NCBI GenBank assembly: GCA_027593235.1
Contig: JAQCIU010000001.1
Location: forward strand, 64,001 to 128,000
DNA: 64,000 bases
Direction: 5' to 3'
Source of the DNA: Chloroflexota bacterium
GTDB taxonomy: Bacteria > Chloroflexota > Dehalococcoidia > UBA2979
Under the pieces are notes generated by a model, which had not been told where the DNA came from, made no database searches, and saw only the letters and a program-made list of their open reading frames with translations. The position numbers and the translations under genes were made by a program. Of the stretch, positions 31,892-41,522 are shown piece by piece. Each line of letters starts with the position of its first letter. The first letter of the stretch is position 1.

Positions 31892-31932
31892 GGGCCTTGG
31901 TGCGGGCCTTGGTCCGGGCCTTGGTGCGGGCC
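31892..31932. repeat. 12-bp tandem repeat (GGGCCTTGGTSC) x3+
   Basis: Seen directly. Confidence 0.75.
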
Positions 31933-31974
31933 GCCAGCGATCGCGGGCGACCCACACCAATGGCGCCACGTCGC

Positions 31975-32895
31975 TCAGTTCGCCGTGAACTCGGCCGACA
32001 TCCCGTTGATCCAGTGCGGGAGACCGTCTGGGCCGGGAATCCAGCAGATAAGGGCGTACTGACCCGGGGCCACGTCGGCCTCGATCCAGCCTCGGCTGCC
32101 GCCATCGAGGGCGCCGAAGCCGCCGGCCGGTGCGAACGGTGGCGGTCCGGCGAAGCCGTTGATCGCCCAGTCTCTGACGTCGGTCATCGTGGCGCCGTCC
32201 AGCAGGCGGACGACGGCGGCCTCGTGCGTTTCAGTGTCGTTGTTGACGACCTCGAAGGTGCCGCTCCCGTCGAATCCGGATGGCACGGCGAACGTGAGGC
32301 CGGGGCCCATCGCGATCACGCCGTCAGCCTCGGGTGGCGCCGTCTTCGAGCTGGTTCCGTCGACGGTGAAGAACGAATGCGCCGCCAGATCGCCTTCGTC
32401 GGTGAAGGGGATCACCGAGTAGATCCCCTGCTTCAGCTCAATCGTGATCTTGAGGGACTCGCCCTGCGGCATCCCACCGTTTCCACCAACGATGCTGACC
32501 AGCGAATCGCCGCTTCCATCGTTGGCGCGGATGCCGGCCTCCATCGCCTCCTGCGTCGTGCCGTCATTGGCACGAATGAAGAGCAGGTGATTGTCACCCT
32601 CACTCTCGCCACTGATGTTGAACGTCGTGAATCCCGGCTTGAGCGCGCCGGGAAGTTCGATCGCCGAGTCCGTGACACGAACGTCGACGGAGTTCGGCCC
32701 GCTGGCGTCATCGCCGCAGGCGGCGAAGAGGAGCGGCAGGGTCACGGCGGCAAACAGTGCTGGCCCCATCCGAGGCCGGGCACGTCCGCCGAGGGCAGCG
32801 AGCCGGCTGAAGCCGGTCGTCAGTGCGGTCCACGGTGACCGCCCGCTCGGCCATGCCGCGCTGCGAAGCTGGCTGGTCGCGATTCGAAACATCAT
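31975..32895 (-). CDS. Cupredoxin-like lipoprotein
   Basis: Lipobox FAAC; C-terminal H...YALICWIPGPDGLPHWINGM (His/Cys/His/Met type-1 Cu pattern); start at 32895 (after GGGAG) or further downstream. Confidence 0.7.
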   Translation of the reverse strand: MMFRIATSQLRSAAWPSGRSPWTALTTGFSRLAALGGRARPRMGPALFAAVTLPLLFAACGDDASGPNSVDVRVTDSAIELPGALKPGFTTFNISGESEGDNHLLFIRANDGTTQEAMEAGIRANDGSGDSLVSIVGGNGGMPQGESLKITIELKQGIYSVIPFTDEGDLAAHSFFTVDGTSSKTAPPEADGVIAMGPGLTFAVPSGFDGSGTFEVVNNDTETHEAAVVRLLDGATMTDVRDWAINGFAGPPPFAPAGGFGALDGGSRGWIEADVAPGQYALICWIPGPDGLPHWINGMSAEFTAN

Positions 32896-32979
32896 TCTTG
32901 TGCTCCCAACATGCGGCGTGCTGCACGCCATGCCGAGAGGGTGCCGCGTGGGTTGTCCCGCCTACATCGGAGGGAATCC

Positions 32980-33010
32980 CGGCCTGACGGGACGTGATCC
33001 CGTCAGGCCG
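32980..33010 (-). terminator. Hairpin after lipoprotein gene
   Basis: CGGCCTGACGGGA-CGTGA-TCCCGTCAGGCCG. Confidence 0.6.
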
Positions 33011-33021
33011 TGGGTGAGGCG

Positions 33022-33837
33022 CTAGTTGACGGCGAACTCGCCGACCATGCCGAGGGCGAAGTGGGGCGGGCCCTCGCCAGACTCGCCCTGCGGGATCGGG
33101 CACCAGTAGATGTAGGTGCCAGCCGACAGATCGAGGACGTGCGATCCACTGCCGCCGGGGATCGCGAACGGGCCGCCACCGGAGACGTTCTGATCGACCA
33201 CCTCACCAATCTGGGCGGGGTCACCGGAGGAGATTTTCTCCAGGAACTCGCCGACGACTTCGCCCGATTCGCGGGTGTCGCCCTCGGGCTTGCGGATCAG
33301 CAGGAAGACGTGCGGCTCAGCGCCGTTGTTGGTCATTTCGAAGCTGATTGGACCGGCTGAGATCGGCGCGTCGCCCAGCGAGAACTCGTAGTCCTGCGCG
33401 GTGACGGAGACGGCCTGCCAACCACAGCCTTCTCGCCCGGCGGCCTCGATCTGTTCGAACGCGCCGAGGGACTCGGGGTTCTCGTAGGCCTCGATGCTGC
33501 CGTCGTGGAGCTGCGCGAACAGGCCGTTGAGGGCGGCCGTGGCGTCAGCGAGTTCGGCCGGCGCGGCGGCAGTGAGGGCTGCCAGCGGAGCCTCGATGTT
33601 GCTTGCGTAGTCGACGATCGCGGCGACGTACTCGGCTTCGTTCTCCTCGCCGCCGGGACTGTCGACGGCGTCGAACGCGACCACGGCGGAACAGAACTCG
33701 GCGCTGACGCCGGCGGCCACCTCGGTCGGTGCGGGCGTCGGTGTCGGAGTCGGATCGTCGTCGCCGCAGGCGGCGAGGGCGACGAGGGCGGTGGCGGCGA
33801 TCAGGCCGCTGGCGATGTGTTTCCAATGCGTGGGCAT
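33022..33837 (-). CDS. Cupredoxin-like lipoprotein
   Basis: Lipobox LAAC; N.GAEPH...YIYWCPIP..PHFALGM pattern. Confidence 0.75.
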   Translation of the reverse strand: MPTHWKHIASGLIAATALVALAACGDDDPTPTPTPAPTEVAAGVSAEFCSAVVAFDAVDSPGGEENEAEYVAAIVDYASNIEAPLAALTAAAPAELADATAALNGLFAQLHDGSIEAYENPESLGAFEQIEAAGREGCGWQAVSVTAQDYEFSLGDAPISAGPISFEMTNNGAEPHVFLLIRKPEGDTRESGEVVGEFLEKISSGDPAQIGEVVDQNVSGGGPFAIPGGSGSHVLDLSAGTYIYWCPIPQGESGEGPPHFALGMVGEFAVN

Positions 33838-33873
33838 CGAGTACCTCCGGGTGCGATTCGTGGAATCGACCAG

Positions 33874-33939
33874 AGGCTACGAACGCGAATGTCCCGGGCG
33901 GATGGGACAGAGTCCTGTCCTGCGGGGGAGTCCGTCCGA
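33874..33939 (-). promoter_or_regulatory. Putative promoter (-10 TAGCCT) with GGAC-N3-GTCC operator
   Basis: Matches 31822-31887 in sequence and spacing. Confidence 0.5.
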
Positions 33940-34025
33940 TGTGCAGGTACACCGCAAACGGCCTAATGGCACCACGCAGACTCAGCGGCCTCGTGGTCCG
34001 CGACCCGATCGACCCGGAGGGCTCG

Positions 34026-34337
34026 ATGGAACTCTTACTGACAGTGCTGGTGCCGTTTCCGCTGGGCTTCGCCGTGCGAAATCGGATGGCTGCATACATC
34101 GCCTACATCGCGTTGCATGCGTTCGTATTCACGTTTCAAACGCTGAACCTGTTGATCGAGTGGGTGGGCGGATCGGAGCACGCCTTCGGCACATACCCGG
34201 ATGCGAATTCCAGCGACATCTGGGGCTATGGCGTGGTCAACCTCGTCATCTATCTCGTCGGACTCGGCCTCGTAGCGCTCGGGCATCGGACCCGGTCCTG
34301 GTACGGCGTCCGTCGTGGCGGACTACAGCCTCGCTAG
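34026..34337 (+). CDS. Small membrane protein
   Basis: ATG after GGAGG; three TM segments (MELLLTVLVPFPLGF...). Confidence 0.75.
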   Translation: MELLLTVLVPFPLGFAVRNRMAAYIAYIALHAFVFTFQTLNLLIEWVGGSEHAFGTYPDANSSDIWGYGVVNLVIYLVGLGLVALGHRTRSWYGVRRGGLQPR

Positions 34338-34513
34338 GCCGCGGCAATCGCGGCGGTCACGCTGGACCGCCGCGTACGCGGCGGAGGCGGACGGCGACGA
34401 TGATGCTGACGAGGCTCGTCGTCCGCCGATTCCGGCGTCGGCGCCTCGTTGTGACGGATGCCCTCGAAGCGGCCATGGGCGCCGCCGTCGCGAGTCGAGA
34501 AGCGGGCCGATTC

Positions 34514-34924
34514 CTAGGCCTTCAGCAGTGCGACGAACGTCTCCACCTCAGTCCCCTGGTCCTGACCGAACTCGACGCGGTACTTCTTACCCGCGGCCTT
34601 GAAGCGAAGATCCGGCAGGCTCTTCATGCGTAGTTCAATCTCGCTGAGGTCCGACTTCGCCACGAATACCGATCCCTTGCGGGCGCTCACCTCGGAGTCG
34701 AGTTGGTGCTCGTCCAGTTCCTGTTCCGCCGTCGTGATGGTATCCATCACCCGTTTCACGGCCTTGTCAGCGGCGAACTGGTTCAGCGCGCCCTTGGCTT
34801 CGAATTTCCGCCGCCATCCACGGCCGGTCTTGATCATGTAGAGGCCCTGATCTGTCAGAAAGAGGCTGTACGCGGTCGCACTTTTGATCAGCCCCGGTGG
34901 GGAGATGGCTCGGTCGATCCTCAT
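34514..34924 (-). CDS. Hypothetical protein (possibly PH-like fold)
   Basis: ATG after AGGAG; YSLFLTDQGLY..K and beta-rich C-terminus. Confidence 0.65.
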   Translation of the reverse strand: MRIDRAISPPGLIKSATAYSLFLTDQGLYMIKTGRGWRRKFEAKGALNQFAADKAVKRVMDTITTAEQELDEHQLDSEVSARKGSVFVAKSDLSEIELRMKSLPDLRFKAAGKKYRVEFGQDQGTEVETFVALLKA

Positions 34925-35111
34925 GGCGAACTCCTGGTCCGGTCGGCCGAGTGGCGCGGCGGATGCTTCATTGGTCACGGTGCGCTCGGAATCGACTGTA
35001 CCGGTTGACGCGCGAAGCCCGAATCGGTTCCGCAGCCCGGCCGAACGACGGCGGCTGCGCTAGGCTGCGCGCACACGCACAACACCGAGGCGTAGCACTG
35101 AGGGGGCCACG

Positions 35112-35684
35112 ATGGCGGACGAGCGGACGGACGACCAGCTTTTCGATTTCCTGTTGAGCCTCGGCACTGACGAGGTGGCGCACACCGGGCACGATTTCCT
35201 CACGCACCTCAAGTCGGTCAAGAGCACCGTCGAGGGCGTTGGCGGCGACCGCGAGATGGCGCGCGCCGGTCTGTTCCACTCGATCTACGGGACGCAGGGC
35301 TTCCAGGACTTCTCGCTTCCCCTCGAGGAGCGGGCACAGGTCCGCGGGCTGATCGGCGATCGCGCCGAGTTCACCGCCTACTGCAACTGCGTGATGGACC
35401 GCGCCACGTTCGACGCCGCCGTCGCGCAGGCCGTCGAGGGCGACGGCGACGCCTTCGAGATCCGCGACCGCGAGGGCAGCCCGCCGATCGCGCTGACGCG
35501 AGCGCAGCTCACCGACCTCGCGGAGGTGCACGTCTGCGACTGGCTGGAGCAGGTGGAGCGCAGCACGCTCGGCTGGGACTACCGTCGCCCCGCGTACCGC
35601 CAGATGGCGGAGCTGGTTGGACCTCGGATCGTCGCCCTCTACGACGCCGTCTTCGCACGCGAGGGGTCGTCGACCCCCGTTTGA
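35112..35684 (+). CDS. DUF6817-like (HD-related) protein
   Basis: H.G..FLTHL and AGLFHSIYGTQGF motifs. Confidence 0.7.
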   Translation: MADERTDDQLFDFLLSLGTDEVAHTGHDFLTHLKSVKSTVEGVGGDREMARAGLFHSIYGTQGFQDFSLPLEERAQVRGLIGDRAEFTAYCNCVMDRATFDAAVAQAVEGDGDAFEIRDREGSPPIALTRAQLTDLAEVHVCDWLEQVERSTLGWDYRRPAYRQMAELVGPRIVALYDAVFAREGSSTPV

Positions 35685-35728
35685 CGCTTCGCGCCTCGTG
35701 GTCGCGGCCCTGCGCCTCGCACCTTAGC

Positions 35729-36637
35729 TTAGCAGCCGCGGCCGGCGGAGTACCAGTCGATCGCGTCCTGGATCAGTGTCCGGGTGGCCTCGACGACCTC
35801 GACTGCGACGTCGCCATTCAGGCCTTCGAGGGCGTCGACGATCTCGGCGTTCCGCTCGATCGGGCTATTCTCGCCCCAGGGCGCGAAGTAGCGCTGGACG
35901 CGTTCCGGGGGAACCTCCGACAGCGCCTCGATGGCGGTCGCGATCGCGGTGTGAGCGTCGGAGAGATCGGTGGCGCCCGCGTCGGGGTATTCCTGCAGCA
36001 GGGCGCGCAACTGTGATTCGCTCTGGCCCATGTATGTGAAGGACGCCGTGCAGTTGGCCGCGGCTTCGATCTCCGCCAGGTCGAGCGTGATCGACGTGTA
36101 TCCCTCTCCCCCGAGGATGCAGGGCGGGCCGACAGTGATCGGGTAGTCGGGGTAGTCGCTCGTCTCGAAAGCGCAGAACGGGATGAGGTCTCCGTCGTTC
36201 AGGCGGTCCCGCAGTTCGGACGGACGAGGGTCAGTCGTGAACACCCGCGTCGGGCCGTCCTGAACACAGCGGGTGCCGACGATGAGACGGAAGCCATCGT
36301 CACCAGATGGTTGAAAGCAGGCTGGCACAAACTCACCGACGGCGACGGCGGTGCCGGCAGGAAGTTGATCGAGGACAAATCCGTTCGAGGTGCACTGCGA
36401 CGGCGCGGGCGCGAGGTATCTGAGGTACCCGACGCGCCCGTCGTCCTCGGTCTCGCAGAAAACCACGCTCTGATCGGGCGGTCCGGTCGTCGGACGTGGC
36501 GTCGGTGTAGCGGTCCCGGTTGCGGTCGGCGCCACGGTGACCTCCGGCGTTGGGGTCACCTCGCCGCCCCGATCGCAGGCGACGAGGGCGGCCAGCACGA
36601 GGACGGCGAGCGGAATGACGAAGTGTCGTTTCACCAT
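35729..36637 (-). CDS. Hypothetical Cys-containing lipoprotein
   Basis: Lipobox LVAC, Thr/Pro linker, several Cys residues. Confidence 0.7.
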   Translation of the reverse strand: MVKRHFVIPLAVLVLAALVACDRGGEVTPTPEVTVAPTATGTATPTPRPTTGPPDQSVVFCETEDDGRVGYLRYLAPAPSQCTSNGFVLDQLPAGTAVAVGEFVPACFQPSGDDGFRLIVGTRCVQDGPTRVFTTDPRPSELRDRLNDGDLIPFCAFETSDYPDYPITVGPPCILGGEGYTSITLDLAEIEAAANCTASFTYMGQSESQLRALLQEYPDAGATDLSDAHTAIATAIEALSEVPPERVQRYFAPWGENSPIERNAEIVDALEGLNGDVAVEVVEATRTLIQDAIDWYSAGRGC

Positions 36638-36683
36638 GCGATGTTAGACAGCAGCGAGCAATCCCGCAGGACGAGCTGCGCCG

Positions 36684-37868
36684 TTAGCGCTTGAGCCGCT
36701 CCAGCAGGCGGTCCATGAACACCTCGGCGAGGGCGAGCTGGTCGAGGTCGACGTACTCGTTCGGGCCGTGCGCCTGGTCGATCGAACCGGGGCCGCAGAC
36801 GACGGCAGGGATGCCCGCCGCCTGGAAGAGCCCCGCCTCGGTGGCGTAATTCACCTTGCCGATGGTACCGGCGGCACTGCCGAGGCCCGCCGTCAGTTCG
36901 AGGACCTCGGCGACGACGTCCTCGGTCGGGTCAGTGTCGAGACCGCGGGTGGAGGACAGCACCTCGAAGGTGATCGCGGCGTCGGGGTAGACGGTCCGCA
37001 TCTCCGGGAGCAGCTCGTTGTTCGCGTAGGACTCGATCTCGCCGAACAGCTCGACGTCGGTATCGGTGCCAACGGTGCGGATTTCGAAGTCGAAGTGCGC
37101 GTGGTGCGGGACGATGTTGAACGCCGTGCCGCCCTGGAAGACGCCGGTGTGGAGCGTGGTATGGGCGACGGGGAACGCCTCGTCGAAGGGTCCCGCGTCG
37201 GCCTTGCGGCGGGCGATGTCGTTGATGCGGGTGACGAGGCGCGCGCCGTACTCGATCGCGTTGACTGCCCGCGGCGCGAAGCTCGAATGCGCCTCGATGC
37301 CGCGGATGTGGCAGCGGTACGCGTAGTGACCCTTGTGGGCGACGATCACGCCCATCGAGGACGGCTCGCCGATGATCGCCATCTTCGGACGGCGGTCGCT
37401 CGCCTTCAGGTCGGCCAGCAGCGGCAGCACGCCGACGCAGCCGACCTCCTCGTCGGGCGAGCACACGAGGTGCAGCGGCGTCTCGAGGTCGGCCGCGAGG
37501 AACTTCGGTAGCGCCGCCAGCACGACCGCGAGGAAGCCCTTCATGTCGGCAGTGCCGCGGCCGTAGAGGCGGCCGTCCTGCTCGGTCAGCGTCCACGGAT
37601 CGGTCGCCCAGTCCTGGCCCTCGACCGGTACGACGTCGGTGTGCGCGGACAGCGCGATCCCTTCGCGATCCGCGGGGCCGATCGTCGCGTAGAGGTTGGC
37701 CTTGTTCTCCGTGTGCAGGACTCGGCGGGACTCGATCCCGAGGTCGGACAGGTAGCCCTCGACGAACTCGATCAGCGGAAAGTTGGAGTTGCGGCTGGTC
37801 GTGTCGAAGGCGACGAGGGTGCGGAGGAGTTCGAGCGTTGCTTCGCTGGGAGCGGGGTTGGTTGGCAT
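36684..37868 (-). CDS. argE: Acetylornithine deacetylase (M20A)
   Basis: SAHTDVVP, GRGTADMKG, DEEVGC, IIGEPS, AHKG and GPGSIDQAH motifs. Confidence 0.92.
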   Translation of the reverse strand: MPTNPAPSEATLELLRTLVAFDTTSRNSNFPLIEFVEGYLSDLGIESRRVLHTENKANLYATIGPADREGIALSAHTDVVPVEGQDWATDPWTLTEQDGRLYGRGTADMKGFLAVVLAALPKFLAADLETPLHLVCSPDEEVGCVGVLPLLADLKASDRRPKMAIIGEPSSMGVIVAHKGHYAYRCHIRGIEAHSSFAPRAVNAIEYGARLVTRINDIARRKADAGPFDEAFPVAHTTLHTGVFQGGTAFNIVPHHAHFDFEIRTVGTDTDVELFGEIESYANNELLPEMRTVYPDAAITFEVLSSTRGLDTDPTEDVVAEVLELTAGLGSAAGTIGKVNYATEAGLFQAAGIPAVVCGPGSIDQAHGPNEYVDLDQLALAEVFMDRLLERLKR

Positions 37869-37959
37869 GTGATCACGCTACCGCACCGGGCAGGCCGTCA
37901 CCATTCCGCGGCGATCGGCGACATCGCTGCGCCCGCTCCTCGACCGTTTGTGATCCCGA

Positions 37960-37986
37960 TGTCGATCATCGGTCGCGCGATTCGTC
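37960..37986 (+). promoter_or_regulatory. ECF42-type promoter (TGTCGA-N17-CGTC)
   Basis: Matches the published ECF42 consensus (-35 TGTCGA, -10 CGTC/CGAC) directly upstream of the DGPF gene. Confidence 0.7.
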
Positions 37987-38038
37987 ATCCTGTTGAACGG
38001 GCGGCGAGGGTTCGCCCGGCAGATCGAGGAGTACGACG

Positions 38039-38386
38039 ATGCGCTACCTGGCCCTGATTTACAGCGAAGAGAGGACCGAGCCGCAAGAGATGACCCCGGA
38101 ATCGATGATCCCGTGGATGAAGTTCGGTGAAGAGGCGACGGCGCGCGGGGCGAATCCGCTCGGCGACGCGCTCCAGCCGGCCTCGACGGCGACGACCGTC
38201 CGCGTCCGCGACGGCAAGATGCTGACGACGGACGGGCCGTTCGCGGAGACCAAGGAAGTCCTCGGCGGCTACTACGTGCTGGAGTGCCCGAGCCTGGACG
38301 TGGCGATCGAGCTGGCCGCGAAGATCCCGGCCGCCGAGTACGGTTCGATCGAGGTGCGCCCGATCATGGAGATTCCGGGCGCGTAA
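38039..38386 (+). CDS. YciI/DGPF family protein
   Basis: [16 protein letters not shown] and IEVRP motifs. Confidence 0.95.
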   Translation: MRYLALIYSEERTEPQEMTPESMIPWMKFGEEATARGANPLGDALQPASTATTVRVRDGKMLTTDGPFAETKEVLGGYYVLECPSLDVAIELAAKIPAAEYGSIEVRPIMEIPGA

Positions 38387-38407
38387 CCGGCGCGGCTCGT
38401 GAGGGGC

Positions 38408-39756
38408 GTGCTCTTGGCGGGCGACGAGATCGAGGCAGACGCGTCCGGGCGCTCGCAATCAGCGAGCGTCTCGGACGTTGGCACCCAGGCCGCCCTCGAG
38501 GGCGTCTATCGCGACGATGCTTCGCGGCTGACGGCGACGCTGATCCGCTCGTGTGGGGGCGATTTCCAGCTCGCGAGGACGCGTTGCAGGACGCCTTCGC
38601 CGCGGCCCTCGAACACTGGCCGCGCGAGGGGGTTCCGAGGACCCCGCCGGCCTGGATCCTCACAACCGCGCGCCGCAAGGCGATCGACCGCCTGCGGCGG
38701 GAGCAGGCGTTGCAGCGGAAGCGCGGCGCGCTGGAGCGGATGACGGCGCTGGAGCAGGAACTGGCCGACGACGAGGCGAGTCAGTTGCCCTCGGACGGGA
38801 CGCTGGCGGACGACCGGCTGCGATTGATCTTCACCTGCTGCCACCCGGCGCTGGGGGCGGAAGCGCAGGTGGCGCTGACGCTGCGGACGATCGCGGGCCT
38901 CGATACGCGTGAGATCGCGCGGGCGTTCCTCGTCGAGCCGACGACGATGGCGCAGCGCCTCGTGCGCGCCCAGCGGAAGATCCGCGACGCCGGCATCCCG
39001 TACGAGGTGCCACCAGCGGATGCGTTGCCGGCGCGCCTCACGGCCGTACTGGCTGTCGTGTATCTCGTCTTCAACGAGGGCTACAGCGCGACCGCCGGCG
39101 ATGAGCTGCTGCGGACGGAATTGTGCGCGGAGGCGATTCGCCTCGGGCGGCTGGTCGTGGAACTGATGCCGGGCGAGCCGGAGGCGATCGGGCTGCTGGC
39201 GCTGATGCTGCTGCACGACGCGCGCCGGATGGCGCGCACCGGCCCGGACGGCGACCTCGTAACGCTCGAGGAGCAAGACCGCACGACCTGGGACCGCGCC
39301 CAGATCGACGAGGGCGTGGCGCTGATCCACCGTGCGGCCGCGTTGCGGCGACCGGGCGCGTACCAGGTACAGGCGGCGATCGCCGCGATTCACGCGGAGG
39401 CGGAGACGCCGGAACACACCGACTGGCACGAAATCGCGTTGCTCTACAACGCGCTGCTGGGAATGCAGCCAACGGCGGTGGTCGAGCTGAACCGCGCCGT
39501 GGCGGTCGCGATGGCGTTCGGCATCGAGGGCGGGCTGCGGATGCTCGATCGGCTCGCCGACGACCCGGAGCTGGCGGGCTACCATCTGCTCGATTCGGCG
39601 CGCGCGGATCTGCTGCGGCGCGCCGGGCGGTTCGAAGAGGCGGCGAGCGCGTACCGCCGCGCCCTCGCGAGTTGCGAGCACCCGGTGGAGCGCCGCTACC
39701 TCGAACGGCGGCTCGCCGAGGTGTCGGCCGCCCGACGAGAGATCGAGGGGAGCTGA
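38408..39756 (+). pseudogene. ECF42-type sigma-70 factor (DUF6596/TPR tail), 1-nt frameshift near 38575
   Basis: Frame 1 ...GDFQLA, frame 2 EDALQDAF...; [15 protein letters not shown] and YLVFNEGY motifs. May be an assembly error. Confidence 0.88.
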
Positions 39757-39795
39757 CGATGGCAGAGGACTCCGAGTACGGAGCGCCGTCGCGGA
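39685..39795 (+). repeat. ~110-bp direct repeat, copy 1 (ECF 3' end + tag 5' stub)
   Basis: Near-identical to 40885-40995; offset exactly 1200 bp. Confidence 0.9.
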
Positions 39796-39829
39796 GGTGA
39801 TCGCCGATCGTTCCAGGCGCTGAGCGTCG

Positions 39830-40294
39830 CTAGGCCGTGCGGCGGCGCCTGAGTATCGCATCGAGAACGGTGAGCGGTCCGAATGTGGTCGCGGTCCATC
39901 CGGCGATCATCCAGTTCACGCTGAATCCGAGCCCGAAAGTCGCGCCAACCCAGGCCAGCGAGAGCACGATCCAACCCGCGGCGACGATCGCTTCCGCGCG
40001 GTCCGGGTTTGGACGGGTTCCCATGTCGCTGAACCAGCAGCGGAGGAAGCCACGTCCCTTACGGTATTCGGCCGCAACCGCGGACGGCTCGCCGAACGCG
40101 AGCGCCGCGTCATTGAACGCCCCGTCCAGTTCCTGCCCCTCGTCGATTTGCGACTGGACGGCGGTCCGCAGGTGGTCGGTGAGTTCGTCGAGGTGCGGGG
40201 CGACATGCGGGTCCACGCGCTGCGCATCTTCTGCCCACCGTTCGAGCCGTTGCTCGAGGTCCGGCGGCGTGGAGTCGGGTGAGTGGTCAGACAT
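39830..40294 (-). CDS. Membrane protein with permease-prefix (HAAS-like) domain
   Basis: LDELTDHLR...A...FGEP..VA motif followed by two TMs; coupled to padR. Confidence 0.75.
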   Translation of the reverse strand: MSDHSPDSTPPDLEQRLERWAEDAQRVDPHVAPHLDELTDHLRTAVQSQIDEGQELDGAFNDAALAFGEPSAVAAEYRKGRGFLRCWFSDMGTRPNPDRAEAIVAAGWIVLSLAWVGATFGLGFSVNWMIAGWTATTFGPLTVLDAILRRRRTA

Positions 40295-40634
40295 GGGTGC
40301 CTCCAACCGGGCGCGGGATGAGCGCGCCAAGCAGCGCGTTGACTGCGGCGAAGCCGGCGCGGTGTTCTTCAAGTTGTCGTTCGCCCGCGGGGAGCAGGCG
40401 GTAGTACTTGCGGCGGCGGCCGGAGGGGGCGGTGCCGTCGTATGCCTCGATCAGTCCTTGTTGATCGAGGCGGTGGAGCAGGGGATAAAGCATCCCCTCT
40501 TTCCATTCCAATTGACCGTCGGAGAGGTCGCGGACATTCCTGATGATCGCGTAGCCGTAGCTGTCGCCACGATGGAGCAGCGACAACACCAGCGGTGTCG
40601 CGGAGGCAGCCATCAGGTCCTTCGGTAGCTGCAC
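40287..40634 (-). CDS. PadR-family transcriptional regulator
   Basis: SYGYAI, EGMLYPLLHRL and RRKYYRL motifs. Confidence 0.93.
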   Translation of the reverse strand: MQLPKDLMAASATPLVLSLLHRGDSYGYAIIRNVRDLSDGQLEWKEGMLYPLLHRLDQQGLIEAYDGTAPSGRRRKYYRLLPAGERQLEEHRAGFAAVNALLGALIPRPVGGTHV

Positions 40635-40650
40635 GCAGCGCCCTTGGTCT

Positions 40651-40695
40651 TACCTATATGTTCTAGGTATCGAGAGTACCTATTCGTTCTAGGCA
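40651..40695. promoter_or_regulatory. Two tandem palindromic operators TACCTA-N7-TAGGYA upstream of padR
   Basis: 40651-40669 and 40677-40695; typical autoregulatory PadR arrangement. Confidence 0.7.
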
Positions 40696-40769
40696 TGACA
40701 ACTCCCACGGACCCACAACGGGGCGCGCCCTGTGCGCGTGGTCTCGGGCGGGGGCGGCTATCGTGTTCC

Positions 40770-40956
40770 GATGCTGCGCGACGTGCGACGGATGGCGCGG
40801 ACTGGCCCGGCCGGCGACCTCGTGACCCTCGAGGAGCAAGACCGGACGATTTGGGATCGCGCGCAGATCGACGAGGGTGTCGCGGTGGAGCGACGCTACC
40901 TCGAACGGCGGCTCGCCGAGGTGTCGGCCGCCCGACGAGAGATCGAGGGGAGCTGA
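40770..40956 (+). pseudogene. Diverged remnant of the ECF42 3' region with a 363-bp internal deletion
   Basis: 40770-40884 matches ~39204-39321 and is fused to 40885-40956, which matches 39685-39756. Confidence 0.85.
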
Positions 40957-40958
40957 CG

Positions 40959-41453
40959 ATGGCAGAGGAATCCGAGTACGGGGCGCCGCCGCGGATCAAA
41001 CCAAAGCGCCTGGGCGACTACCTTGACGTGATGAGCAAGTCCGTCTTCCAGAGCGGCATGTCCTGGAAGGTGGTCGAGGCGAAGTGGGACACCACCCGCG
41101 AGGCGTTCCACGATTTCGATGCCGAGCGCGTCGCGTCGATGAGCGAAGCGGAGATCGATGCCCTCGCGAGCGACACCCGCGTGATCCGCAACCGGCGCAA
41201 GCTCGAAGCGGTCGTCAGCAACGCGGCGCGGCTGATCGAGCTGGACGCCGAGCACGGCACCTTCCGGAAGTACCTGCGCTCGCAGCCGGACTTCGAAGCG
41301 ACCGTGAAGATGCTGAAACAGGACTTCAAGTTCCTGGGTGACATGGGCAGCTACGTGATGCTCTACGTAGTGGGCGAGCCGGTGCCGTCGCACCAGGAGT
41401 GGACGGCGACGCAGGTGGAGCGTCGGTCACGGCAGGCGCGTCCGAAGCGGTAA
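40959..41453 (+). CDS. DNA-3-methyladenine glycosylase I family protein
   Basis: FQSGMSWKVVEAKW, AFHDFD, IRNRRKLEAVVSNA and LKQDFKFLG motifs. Confidence 0.88.
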   Translation: MAEESEYGAPPRIKPKRLGDYLDVMSKSVFQSGMSWKVVEAKWDTTREAFHDFDAERVASMSEAEIDALASDTRVIRNRRKLEAVVSNAARLIELDAEHGTFRKYLRSQPDFEATVKMLKQDFKFLGDMGSYVMLYVVGEPVPSHQEWTATQVERRSRQARPKR

Positions 41454-41522
41454 CTGTCGTTGGTGGAAATCCGGTCGAGCGGAGGGCGTTGTCGCCCCAA
41501 CGGTTTCGGTGTGCTCAGCCTG

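Noticed and set aside
39830-40770. Insertion sequence or integron cassette
   Set aside because: No transposase or integrase, terminal inverted repeats or attC structure; flanking repeats are duplicated coding sequence.
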